Part shown: piece by piece, positions 11,885-23,822 of the stretch
How positions within the stretch are numbered: the stretch's first letter is position 1
How the letters are laid out: each line of letters opens with the position of its first letter
From: Octopus sinensis
Lineage: Eukaryota
Assembly: GCF_006345805.1 (NCBI RefSeq)
Contig: NC_043002.1
Span: 86,056,001 to 86,120,000, forward strand
Length of the DNA: 64,000 nt
Direction: 5' to 3'
The notes under the pieces: generated by a model
Databases searched by the model: none
Told to the model about the DNA's origin: nothing
Seen by the model: the letters and a program-made list of their open reading frames with translations, nothing else
Position numbers and translations under genes: made by a program

Positions 11885-12585
11885 TTCATAAATGAGGGCA
11901 AAGGAAAAAAGTTCTAATGCCAAATATGCCGAAAAATTGGACATATTGTCCATTAACCATATAATTTTTTCACAATACGCACGCTACTCGAAAAAAGGTC
12001 GACAGAAATTTCTAAAAAATTCCATTATTACCATATCGGACCGATTTCAGGGTTAGCTACTAAGAGCCCTCTCTTCGTCAATATAAATTTAAGCGTTCAC
12101 TTCCGAACTAACTAACTCACTCTGTGAGAGCCTCAGTTCAAGTCGCACGTGCCTCAAATGGGCTGGAGTATTTCTATTTTGGATGTATTTGGGGTACTTG
12201 GTTGTGCCCGAGACTTAGTATTTGCTTCTTCCATGGGTATGAGTAAGTATCTCATTTATTTCTTTTGCCACATGTATCACTGACGAAGAGAGAGCTCTTA
12301 GTAGCTAACTCTGAAATCGGTCCGATATGGTAATAATGGAATTTTTTAGAAATTTCTGTTGACCTTTTTTCGAGTAGCGTGCGTATTGTGAAAAAATTAT
12401 ATGGTTAATGGACAATATGTCCAATTTTTCGGCATATTTGGCATTAAAATTTTTTTCCTTTGCCCTCATTTATGAATTGTTTATAAATTTAACTGTTAAA
12501 GGTATTTTTTAATATGCTGGCCATTGATAAAATTTTTTTCGACAAAATATTTTTTTTCGAAAAGAATTTTATCCTCACATTTGAT
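11885..12585. mobile_element. Inverted-repeat element in (TA)n: 196-bp arms, 200-nt spacer, ~110-nt unpaired tail; PLE pLTR-like
   Basis: 11885-12080 is the near-perfect reverse complement of 12281-12476; flanked by (TA)n; hammerhead at the inner end of the right arm. Confidence 0.88.
12275..12332 (+). ncRNA. Type I hammerhead ribozyme motif with canonical core
   Basis: TATCA-CTGACGA-AGAG[agagctcttagtagctaa]CTCT-GAA-ATCGGtCCGAT-A-TGGTA: stems I, II and a palindromic stem III can all pair; cleavage triplet AUA. Confidence 0.75.
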
Positions 12586-12604
12586 ATATATATATATATA
12601 TATA

Positions 12605-12755
12605 GATATATGTATCAAAAGAAAAACAGGACGCAAAGGATTTTGTGGTACATATGTACTGCAAAATCCTTTGCGTCCTGTTTTTCTTTTGATACATATA
12701 TCCTATCACCTATACAGGTGCTTACATTTATCAAGTATTCACCCTGAATTTATTA
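12605..12755. repeat. Loopless 49-bp-arm palindrome with 3' tail in (TA)n
   Basis: 12605-12702 is self-complementary around CATATG with 2 mismatches. Confidence 0.9.
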
Positions 12756-13085
12756 TATATATAGATAGATAGATATAATGTATATTTATATATTACGTAT
12801 AAATATATGTGTGTGTGTACATATATATACACACATATGCATGCACACACATACACATTCTATTACTGTATTGTTTCTATTCATAATCTTGTCCTTCATG
12901 CTCTTGTTTGTCTAATCACTTCAGTGATATTTCCTATATCAAAGAGACAACCAGACAATCAGCACCATGGAATTTGAATGCCTTAGGGCTTAAATGCACT
13001 GAAACTTTATTTGTAGCTTGGACTCCATGGCCAATGAGAGGATCTCAATGTTTATTTGTCCTTTGTTCTTTTCCCATTAATTCCT

Positions 13086-13087
<2 letters not shown>

Positions 13088-13160
<73 letters not shown>

Positions 13161-13164
13161 GTAG

Positions 13165-13196
<32 letters not shown>

Positions 13197-13361
13197 AGTT
13201 ATATATATATATACACATGTTGATGTATATATATATGTAGATGTATATATATATATATATGTAGATGTATATATATATTTTTATATATATATATATATAT
13301 ATATACATGTAGATGTATATATATATATGTAGATGTATATATATGTAGATGTATATATATA
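13088..13361. repeat. Compound (TA)n/(TG)n/(TGTAGA) microsatellite
   Basis: Direct inspection. Confidence 0.95.
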
Positions 13362-13440
13362 TTTGCAGCGTGGAAGGTGTTTGTAAGCCATTTAAGAAAC
13401 ACACAAAAGCCGTTTGATTCACTTCAACATTTAAGTTTAA

Positions 13441-13490
13441 TTTGTCAAAATATTTTCGTCACTAAAATCCGCGACCTGTTCACTGACAAA
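13441..13490 (-). ncRNA. Minimal type I hammerhead-like motif, G3:C8 core variant (left arm)
   Basis: Minus strand TTTGTCA-GTGAACA-G-GTCGC-GGATTTTA-GTGAC-GAA-AATATT-T-TGACAAA. Confidence 0.62.
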
Positions 13491-13509
13491 AATCCATGCA
13501 CCATGGATT

Positions 13510-13559
13510 TTTGTCAGTGAACAGGTCGCGGATTTTAGCGACGAAAATATTTTGACAAA
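13510..13559 (+). ncRNA. Minimal type I hammerhead-like motif, G3:C8 core variant (right arm)
   Basis: Stem I TTTGTCA/TGACAAA, core GTGAACA (13517-13523), stem II GTCGC/GCGAC, GAA, palindromic stem III AATATT, H17=U. Confidence 0.65.
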
Positions 13560-13696
13560 TTAAACTTAAATGTTGAAGTGAATCAAACGGCTTTTGTGTG
13601 TTTCTTAAATGGCTTACAAACACCTTCCACACTGCAATTATTTTTGTTTCAGCACACGATCTCAAATCAAATCACTTGCTATGCGAGTACATCCCC

Positions 13697-13745
<49 letters not shown>

Positions 13746-14239
13746 ATACATATATATATATATACATATATATATGTGTGTATATATATATATGTATATA
13801 TATATGTGTGTGTGTGTACAAATATTCTATAATTATAAACATAATAATTAGGGGTCAGCTAATTGCTTCACCACATACGAAATTTAGAAATAGGAGTTAA
13901 AAATTCCTTTTCTACTACGGTAAGAATCTCTCCTCGTGATATTTGGGGATAGGTGTTTTTAGCCAATTAAAGACACACACACACACACACACTATTTGAT
14001 CTTCACTTTAATTTTATTGCAATTATTAGTATTAGTTTATTTATTCTCTCAAAGAACAACAAAATGAAATAGACAGGCTGAGACCACAGAGAAGAAGATA
14101 CATGAGGAACAGAAAGTCACTGAATAGGTCACCGTATGTATGAAGAAAGAACTCTGACAACTAAAGTAACGATTATAATAATAAAACTAAAGTGAAGTTC
14201 AAATAAACAGTACATGTGGTTAATTGGTAAAAGATTACC

Positions 14240-14472
14240 TATTTCTTTACTGCTCACAAGGGGCTAAAGACAGAGAAGACAAACAAGGACAGACAAACGG
14301 ATTAAGTCGATTACATTGACCCCAGTGCGTAACTGCTACTTATTTCATCGACCCCGAAAGGATGAAAGGCAAAGTCAACCTTGGTGGAATTTGAACTCAG
14401 AACGTAGCGGCAGACGAAATACGGCTAAGCATTTTGCCCAGCGTGCTAATGTTTCTGCCAGCTCATCGCCCT
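14240..14472 (-). mobile_element. SINE family B
   Basis: Near-identical to 4329-4559 and 53356-53588. Confidence 0.88.
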
Positions 14473-14558
14473 TGGTAAACGATTACCATCCACAAATAAT
14501 AACAGTAACTGTTTCAACACATGATTTCACATCGAGGATCTTGCAAAACAAATACATA

Positions 14559-14613
<55 letters not shown>

Positions 14614-14726
14614 ACATATATATATATGTATATACTTACACACACATGCACATATTCATCATTATATATATATATATATATACACATATTTGTGTGTGTA
14701 AATATATACATATATATATATATATA

Positions 14727-14971
14727 TATCTGTAAAAATATGTGACAATTATACAATAGCCAAGATAAAAAATCCACAACACCATCTCTTTGGTTATCTG
14801 GCCATATGAAAACGAAGAGATGGTGTTATGGATTTCCACCTCGGCATCCGAAACTCAGAGTTTTATCTTGGCTATTGTATAATTGTCACATATTTTTACA
14901 GATAAATTTCCTCTATTTACATAATATTGAGGTCTCTTTCTTTCTTTTGTTATCTTACAGTTTTTACCAAT
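14727..14971. mobile_element. Asymmetric fold-back insertion in (TA)n with degenerate hammerhead-like interior
   Basis: Perfect 44-bp arms 14727-14770 / 14861-14904, inner 20-bp arms 14771-14790 / 14815-14834; C-GAAGA-GATG..CATC-CGAAA-CTCaGAG-TT in the right arm. Confidence 0.8.
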
Positions 14972-15814
14972 ACATATATATATGTATGTTCATAAATACT
15001 TACTAACACAGACACACACACACAGAGTGGGTATGAAAAAACAATCCCAAGTGTAAGTACACCAAATACACCATATTCTACACTGTTCTAATGCATGTAT
15101 ATCTTGAGTACGTAGCACCTTTGCCTTAAAACAGAAACATTTGCATGTAGATTTCCGTGATTATGTTTATCCCAGTATAAAAACAGTATTAAAAAAATGC
15201 ATCTTTTATATTCCTTTATATCCTACACCTTAATGAGTCAACAAACAGGAATCAATAAGATAAGTCCCAGGCTAAAATAAATACTGGGATCAATATAATC
15301 GACTGCAACACTTGAAGGCAGAATTCCATCGATGACCAAAACCATTAAGAGCATAAAAGAATGAAACATAATTACATTAATAGTATTAGGACATTTTTAA
15401 AAAGCAATAAATCATTGTTATAATTTTCTTTCACACCTGGCATGCAATGCTCTGCTTCTCAAAGAACACATGTCTTTAATGAATACAAGAACCAACAGTC
15501 CTATTGTCTCCTGCCATTATCTTCGTATATTTCAACCATAGAAAAACATGGTTATAAAAATCTCTGAAGACTTGAATATATTTTTCACATGTTATTTTTA
15601 ATATATTGCAATAAGTTATTACAACAGGTGCATAAAATTCTTACTTATTTTTGTCAACTATAAATAAAGTTTTTTACATAAAAAGAATTTTGATATAAAA
15701 CATACCACAATTAAATTGCATACAGGTTGTATTACATATAAGTTATATGTGTCTCTGTTTTTGGAAATGTTGACTTTACTGTGTTTTTGCTGTCTTCCAC
15801 ACATACAGGTTTGT

Positions 15815-16057
15815 CCTGTCAGGTGCTGGTGTCACTTAAAAAGCATTAATGAGCCCATGCCAGTGGCACATAAAAAGCATCCAGCACACTCTGCCAAGTG
15901 GTTGGCATTATAGGAAGGGCATCTGGCCATAGAAACTATGCCACAACAAACAGCTGGAACCTGGACAACTCCCTGCTAGCCAGCACCATGTCAAACCGTC
16001 CAACTCATGCCAGCATGGAGAGCGAACATTAAATGATGATAATGATGATAATGATGT
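15815..16057 (+). mobile_element. Old copy of the RTE 3' UTR/tail repeat
   Basis: GTGGCACATAAAAAGCA...GGTTGGCATT..GGAAGGGCATC...CATGCCAGCATGGA...(GAT)n, homologous to 38930-39110. Confidence 0.75.
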
Positions 16058-17594
16058 TCAATAATCTAATATGCATTATATTTAATCAACCCATTTTTTG
16101 CTTTATATTTTTTCTAATGATGATTATTATTAATTTGTGATATACAGAGAATATCATAACTGTATTTTATTGGTCCATGTTTTGATTATAGATACAGCAA
16201 GACAACTTTTTTCCTGTCTCTCAATCATACTCTACCTTCTCATCAACAGGCACAAAGTCACTTCACTCTCAGTTGAGGGATCTTGTCTTGCAAGTTATTT
16301 GGTGGCTTCACTGCTGCTGATGCCAATTAAAAAGCACTCAGTACACCTGATGGATCTGGTTGGTTCTATGCACAAGACGACCACTGGGATCACCAAACTG
16401 TAATGATTCCAGCCCCATTGAACAAGAGCATGAACTGCTTAGCTGAGCTGCACTCTGTAAAGTGAGTGGTGCTAGAAAGAGCAACCAGTTGTAGAATCAC
16501 ATACAGTTGTACTTGCTACAGATCTCTGGCTTGCCAGATCTCTCCTGTCAAACCATCCAACCGATGCTAGTATTGAAAGTAGATGTTAAGTGATGATGAT
16601 GATACAAAATTGATGGTGGTGAGCCTTGTGTAATGGAAATAGATAGTTTTGGAGGGTGATTTAACTAGGGTATGAAGTGAAGGATTGGACATAAACCAGG
16701 TACTGAATATTGAGGATTTCTCTAAAGCAGAACCGCTCACAGAACCACCATGGAAACCACAAAAGTCAAAAATTTAGCAAAAGTAGAAGAGAAAATACTT
16801 TTAATAAAGGACCAAAAAGACTGGGTGCAATTTGGGATGTGTAAAGGATTGTAAGCTGCATAATACTCAGATGCATCAGTTTGGCTGATGGTATTGCATA
16901 GGTCTTCATCATCATCATCATCATTATCATCATCATTATACATCCATTTTCTATGTTGACAAAGGCTGGATTAATTTCCAAGATCCAGGTCAATTCTCAT
17001 TCAGAACTTCTTTTCTAGACATACTATATGTGTAAATGTGTGTTTTGTGTGTGCATGTGTATGTGTGTGTAGGAGTGTGTGTGTGTTTTATGTGTGTGTG
17101 TATGAGTGTGTGTATGCATGTGTGTGTGTGCACGTGCATGTGCAGGTGTGTGTATTGCTGCACTTGAGAGATATTTTGATAATTAAACACATACACGTGT
17201 TATTTACTACTTTGGTTAATTGATTATGCCAAACAATCAATACAAAAGTTATATACAACTAGTGTGTGTGTGTGTGAGTGTATGTGTTTTGTGGTTGATA
17301 GGCAGAATGACCTTCTCAAAATACATGTTTCAATACATGGTATCACATAAACAGTTTGCAAAACAAATACTAAAGTAAAATCTATAGACCTCATATTTCT
17401 AAAAAATCAGTGCTTATGTTCCACTTGTACTGAGCAATGACACAGATACCATTCCCTGTTACACTGATTTATAGGAATCATAAACCAACTAGCATGCCTT
17501 GATTGATTTCCTTTGTTCGTTTGACACAATGTATGGTCAATATATGCTGTCACTTAACTGTTATTTGTACTGTAATAACAATATCTATCTATCT

Positions 17595-17746
17595 CTCTTT
17601 ACTCTTTACTCCTTTACTTGTTTCAGTCATTTGACTGTGGCCATGCTGGAGCACTGCCTTTAGTCGAGCAAATTGAACCCGGGACTTATTCTTTGTAAGC
17701 CTAGTACTTACTCTATCGGTCTCTTTTGCCGAACCACTAAGTTACA
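17595..17746 (-). mobile_element. SINE family A 3' fragment
   Basis: CTTTTACTTGTTTCAGTCATTTGACTGTGGCCATGCTGGAGCA... Confidence 0.85.
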
Positions 17747-17994
17747 AATAGTGAACTTTGTCGGCGATACATTAAAGAGTTGTAAAAGTCTATACAGGAT
17801 GCATGAGCTTCATCAGATAATAATCAATTGTGTAAAATGGTAGAGGCCTTCACAGAACACATTTTACAGGTCTTTTTTTTTTTTTTTGAAGAGGATATTA
17901 CAAATTGCTAAAAATAAACATTTCTTTGACATTCTATTTCTGGTTTTGTAATTTCACAACAGCTCTTTTCAGTATGTGTATGTATATGTATATT

Positions 17995-18227
17995 TATTTC
18001 TTTATTGCTCACAGGGGGCTAAACATAGAGGGGACAAACAAGGACAGACAAAGGGTTTAAGTTGATTATATCGATCACAGTTCATAACTGGTACTTATTT
18101 AATCGACCCCGAAAGGATGAAAGGCAAAGTCAACCTGAGTGGCGCTTGAACTCAGAACATAAGAGTAGACAAAATACCTCTAAGCATTTCACCCAGTGTA
18201 CTAAGGATTCAGCCAGCTCACTGCCTT
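17995..18227 (-). mobile_element. SINE family B
   Basis: Homology to the other family B copies. Confidence 0.85.
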
Positions 18228-18899
18228 ATGTATATGTATATTACCAGTTCCATCTCTTTGATAACGAAACTGGTAACAACTAATATCACTTATTAAGGAT
18301 ACTCCTTAATTCTTCCTTTCTGAAGGTGGAATAGTTGGCTTTTTTTTTATGGAAATCTTTGTTTGCTGAGATATGCACCATATGCACAGCTATTCTAGAA
18401 ACAGATGTAGAGACCTTTATGCACAACTTCTAAGTCACTTGTTTATATGATACCTTTTATTCCATCAACTCCAATGTAAACAACTATACAGTTATGTTGG
18501 AGTTATAAATTCCAGGCTCTAAAGTGGTACCACATGTTTTGATTGTTCATTCTCTCTTTCTAATATATATGAGTATATGTATATGTATATATATATATGT
18601 GTGTGTGGTGTGTGTGTGTGTGTGTGTATAAGTAGATATGTATATATGCACATATATATAAGTATGCATATATATGTGTATATTTTTTTAATATCAACAT
18701 TTTAAAAACTAACGTCATATCCATAAAAAGAGGAATATTTTCAAAATGTCTCTCCACTATCTCTTGTATTGTGTTACCTTATCTAATCAGCATATTAAAA
18801 CAGTGAGGTCTTGGATACAACTGGACAATTTTCAATATTTATATACGGATGGCCTCAAGTTGTCCAATATATATGATAAGCAACTAGAAACACTTCCAA

Positions 18900-19975
18900 A
18901 GACAGTACACAAATTTATTACAGTAAATTATATGAGATTCAGATTTAAAGAAATGAGCCAAAATAATTTTGAAAAGAAGAAAGTTACAGATATAATATTG
19001 TGTTAGATAAAGAAAGAGAGATAAGAGAATAATGCCAAAGAGAGCTGGGCAAAATAAATCAGGTTTATGCCAGGAAAGGATACTGCCAATGCCTTTTACC
19101 TAGGGAAGCAATTACAGAAGTATTTAGCTAGGAATAAGCTATTCTAATGAACTTTTGTTGACCTGGAGAAAATATTTGATAGAATTCCATATTCTGTGGT
19201 CTGACAGTCACCAAACAGAGCTAAATGAATGGCTTGTGAGAGTTGTTTAAGTGATGTACAGAGGTTCTGTCTAAGGTGAGAGTTAAGAATAAGTCGAGCA
19301 ATTTAGTATGCAGATTGGGCCCAATTCTTATCCAACTTCTGTTTATTATAGTTTTTAAGCCATAACAGAAGAACTTAAGACTAGTTATCCATGGGAATTC
19401 TTGTATGTCAATATCTTACTTCTTATAGATGGAGTGGTTAAAGGAGAAATTCCAAAGTTGACAACAGATCCTAGAATTGAGAAGCCTTAAAGTAAGCCTA
19501 ACAAAGTTTCAGTAAGAAAGAAGACAAGACAGGACCCTACTGCCATTAGGAAAGTTACTATGCGGCGAGCTGGCAGAAACGTTAGCACACCGGGTGAAAT
19601 GCGTAGCCGTATTTCGTCTGGCATTACATTCTGAGTTCAAATTCCGCCGAGGTTGACTTTGCCTTTCATCCTTTCAGGGTCGGTAAATTAAGTAGCAGTT
19701 ACGCACTGGGGTCGATATAACCGACTTAATCCGTTTGTCTGTCCTTGTTTGTTCCCTCTATGTTTAGCCCCTTGTGGGTAGTAAACAAATAACTATGCTT
19801 GGTTGCAAAAAACGAGTAGGTTGTAATTCCACACAGTGTACCTGTTGCAAACTATGGATATACAAATGGTTGACAGAAAAGGTAGGCTTCATAAATAGCA
19901 GATGAACTGGAATAGTTAGTAGAACACATGAGATAAATTCTTTTAAATACTCTCAAGCAGTTGACAGCTTTTGAA
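18900..19975 (+). pseudogene. Highly decayed RTE LINE RT fragment interrupted by a SINE
   Basis: Residual GFMPGK.T, LQKYLA, TFVDLEKIFDRIP and PWEFLY motifs, colinear with the RTE at 36900-37750. Confidence 0.75.
19562..19791 (+). mobile_element. SINE family B inserted in the RTE relic
   Basis: Full head GCGGCGAGCTGGCAGAAACG to GTAAACAAATA. Confidence 0.9.
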
Positions 19976-20729
19976 AAACAACAGAATATTTATCAAATGA
20001 ATGTTAAGTTAATACATTAAGCTTTTGAGAACCTGTGTAGTGGCTCTTTTGTTAACTCACATAGTTATCTTGATGACTTAAGCATTTTAGTAAATTTTTT
20101 TGCATGTTTTTAATGCTTATTCAAGGAAAGCAAATTTTCAATAAAAGTGAAACAAACTAACTTTAAATTAAACAGAAGAATGTGCCAATTAATTTTTCTT
20201 AATTCTATCAAATTGCAAAACAAAGAATAATGTTTGAATAATGTCATCTTGCAAGGAGAAAGTGCTGAACAAGTGAAAGAAATGAGCAAAGTGAAGTAGT
20301 TAAGTACATGTGCTGAAGGATTGTCAAATATGTTTTGAAAACTAACCTTCAAAAACAGTCAACAAACCATAAGTTATTATCAATTCAATGTGTTTGTGCA
20401 TATCTAAACATTATTTTTCTCACACATACATGGAAAAGATACAAATCTATGCATTCATAAATACATATACATACATATATAAGCACAGCATAACTGAACG
20501 GTTAAGAAGCTTGTTTTGCAACAGTGAGGCTCTTTTTTCTTTTTTATCTATTTTCAAATTTCTATACCTTCAAGAAACACTTGAAATACCCAAAACAATG
20601 TTACAAAGTATCATTATAATTTCTAAATGAATGGAAATGTTTTGTGATCGTTAGAATAACCAATTCATACAAAGATACATCCAACTCATGCCAGAACGGA
20701 AAAAAAAAAGGACACGCACGCACACACAC

Positions 20730-20872
20730 GGTAAGTAGCTTGTTTACGAACCACATGGTTCCGGGTTCAGTCCCACTGCGTGGCATCTTGGACAAGTGTC
20801 TTCTACTATAGCCTCGGGCCGACCAAAGCCTTGTGAATGGATTTGGTAGATGGAAACTGAATGAAGCCTGTC

Positions 20873-20922
<50 letters not shown>

Positions 20923-21136
20923 ATGTTTGCGTGTCTGTGTTTGTCCCCCTAACCTCACTTGACAACTGATGGTGGTGTGTTTACATCCCTGTAACTTAGC
21001 AGTTTGGGAAAAGAGACCAATAGAATAAGTACTAGGCTTACAAAGAATAAGTCCTGGGGTCAGTTTGCTCGACTAAAGGCGGTGCTCCAGCATGGCTACA
21101 GTCAAATGATTGAAACAAGTAAAAGAGTAAAAGAGA
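20730..21136 (+). mobile_element. SINE family A
   Basis: Homology to the other family A copies. Confidence 0.9.
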
Positions 21137-21144
21137 ATATATTC

Positions 21145-21330
21145 TCTCTTGACTTGGCTTCAAGAGCAGAGACTTTTGGAGTGGGGTGTTCACATTCGTT
21201 GCAGGCCTGCTGATGCCCAGTGAATCCAATTCAGAACAAGCAGGCAAAATTGCAGATGCTGCATAGGAAGGCAGGCTGGTCAGGGTTGGTCGTAGTGTCA
21301 TTGTTTTTCTTCTTTTTCCTCTTATCTGTA
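21145..21330 (-). pseudogene. 3'-terminal fragment of a second RTE-type LINE with C-terminal zinc-finger relic
   Basis: Minus-strand frame DKRKKKKNND...PAFLCSICNFACLF*IGFTGHQQAC matches the RTE C-terminal F.C..C...C.SRIGL..H.R.C pattern. Confidence 0.6.
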
Positions 21331-21346
21331 ATAATGGTCCTACATT

Positions 21347-21556
21347 CAATCAAATACATGCACATATAAATTCCATTGTTTAGCATTTATAGCCACAGGT
21401 TGACTCATACCTTATGAGTGAAATTGATGTAGCTGGAATGTGTCAAGAAAGGTTTCTTGACACCTTCCAGCTACACCAATTTTACTCATAAGGTATGAAT
21501 CAACCTGTGGCTATAAATGCCAAACAATGGAATTTATATGTGCATGTATTTGATTG
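21347..21556. repeat. Fold-back of a SINE-like fragment, 104-bp arms, 2-nt loop
   Basis: 21347-21450 vs 21453-21556 pair with a few mismatches; the arm resembles the SINE A core TATAGCC...GAC...CCTTGTGAGTG.ATT. Confidence 0.88.
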
Positions 21557-22540
21557 TACCTACAATCCAAACATCGAGCCTCTCACAAAAGTGTTAAGCT
21601 GATTCTACCTGAGAATTACATAAAGACAACATGTATCTGATGAAACTCAGTTACTTACATGGTAATTTAAGGAGTCCTACTTAGTTGATTAAACAACTGA
21701 ACACTCAAGGTCAGAAATTCTGAATGAGAGATCCATTATCATATATCATTATATATATGTACATGCATACAGATGAGTTTATTATATATATCTAATTAAT
21801 TGTCATTTCCATGTAATTACAGATTTGTTCATATGCATATACTTATATTACTATAAGCATATAATTCATTCATTACAATACACGTCTTATATAATTCTTA
21901 TGAAAGACTATATATATCTTACTCCTTTCTTTCATATATGTAACTGTTTCATCTTTTTATCAATTTATTCTGAAACAATGCTGATGTCTCCCAATGAGAC
22001 ATTCTAATGAGATTATTCTCAAAGTCAAAGCCTTAACTTTTAATCTAACTTCTTCCCCTGCTGTGCTGTATGATCAGTCAATAATAATCTCTTATTTCTA
22101 TGATATGTAATTAAAGTTGCTAATGATGAACAGTGATTTATATTTCATTACTGAAAAAACAAAAAAAAAAAGATTAAGAGAAGAGCATTGATTACTTCTC
22201 TTACACATGAACTAAACTTGTACTAATGTCAGAAACCTATTCCATTCTTTATTATGAAAAATAATTATAATTTCAAATGCTCTTTATACATATTTAATAT
22301 ATAACTTTATGAACTTACTACCCAAAATAATAAAAAGTACATAAATACTTCCATAAATTTATGTATGTGTATACATATATAAACATATACACATAAATAT
22401 ACATACACACACACAATAAATGCTGATATACAATGATATATATGTATATGTGTGTATGTATATATATATGCATGTATGCATGTTATGTATGTACGTATGT
22501 ATGTTATGTATATAACATACATATGTTATATACATAACAA

Positions 22541-22913
22541 GCGTAGGAGTGGCTGTGTGGTAAGTAGCTTGCTTACGAACCACATGGTTGCAGGTTCAGT
22601 CCCACTGCATGGCAACTTGGGCGAGTGTCTTCTACTATAGCCTCGGGCAGACCAAAGCCTTGTGAGTGGATTTGGTAGATGGAAACTGAAAGAAGCCCGT
22701 TGTATATATATGTATATGTTTGTGTGTCAGTGTTTGTCCCCCCAATATCGCTTGACAACTGATGCTGGTGTGTTTACGTTCCCGTAACTTAGCAGTTTGA
22801 GAAAAGAGACCAATAGAATAAGTACTAGGCTTACAAAGTCCTGGGGTCGATTTGCTCGACTAAAGGCGGTGCTCCAGCATGGCCACAGTCACATGACTGA
22901 AACAAGTAAAAAA
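22541..22913 (+). mobile_element. SINE family A, full length
   Basis: Head, core and tail intact. Confidence 0.9.
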
Positions 22914-23686
22914 GTATATATGCATGTATGTATGCATGCATGCATGCATGCATGCATGCATGCATGCATGTATGTATGTATGTATGTATGTATGTATGTA
23001 TGTATGTATGACATCATTTACTGTGAACGCCTTCATGTCTGCTTTTTCAGTTCTGACGTATGATGGATGTGTCTTTATATGATATATGTTACAGTAAAGA
23101 TAGTAAAGTATTTCCACTCATATAAGAACTACAATGTTATTTTTTAATCCATTGTCTTAGGTGTTTTAAGGTAAGTCTGTGCTCGAGGGCATGGAAACAT
23201 TGAAAAAAAGGGATAAAAATAGTCTTTACAGAATTGTTTGCTAGGTCCTGGAGGAAGAGCTTAATATATTTATAGGATCTAAAGTTTTTATTTTTTCTTA
23301 TCACTTTTCCATTTCACTATTTTCTCATCTAATTTATCTGTTTCATACATGACTATATGTATTTATAGAGAAAGTTCAATTATTCATGACCATTCATGAA
23401 GATATAAATGCAATTTCCTTATTTGAAGTGAAAATATTGATTTCTTCCATTGGTACAAAGCTACATATTAGTAATAGATTATTACAGATGACTGAACCAA
23501 CCACAGTATATAACCAGTATTTATTTTATCAATCTTGTCAGGGATGAAAGGTAATGGTTAATATGATGATATTTGATCTCAGAGCATGGAAGCATGAAAT
23601 CAACACTATAGGGCATTTTACTGTTTCTAAAAGTTCATCATTTATATTCAATAAAAGGAACATACTCCTACTCATGTAATCAGTAT

Positions 23687-23707
23687 ACTACTACTACTAC
23701 TACTACC

Positions 23708-23752
<45 letters not shown>

Positions 23753-23772
23753 ACTTACTACTACTACTACTT

Positions 23773-23808
<36 letters not shown>

Positions 23809-23822
23809 ATAATAATAATAAT
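23687..23822. repeat. Compound (CTA)n/(CTG)n/(TAA)n trinucleotide microsatellite
   Basis: Direct inspection. Confidence 0.95.

Larger units (their letters stand above)
13363..13696. mobile_element. Fold-back element, 136-bp arms, 3-nt loop, ~59-nt tail; hammerhead motif in each arm (copy 1)
   Basis: 13363-13498 vs 13502-13637 with about 2 mismatches; inside (TA)n; homologous to 48010-48341. Confidence 0.92.

Noticed and set aside
17790-17820. Isolated CTGATGA on the minus strand (also plus strand near 21637)
   Set aside because: No matching GAAA/stem III/stem I arrangement found.
23161-23170. Plus-strand ttag|GTGTTTTAAG|gtaagt micro-exon-like signal
   Set aside because: 10 nt, no partner exons and opposite to the only host gene; likely chance.
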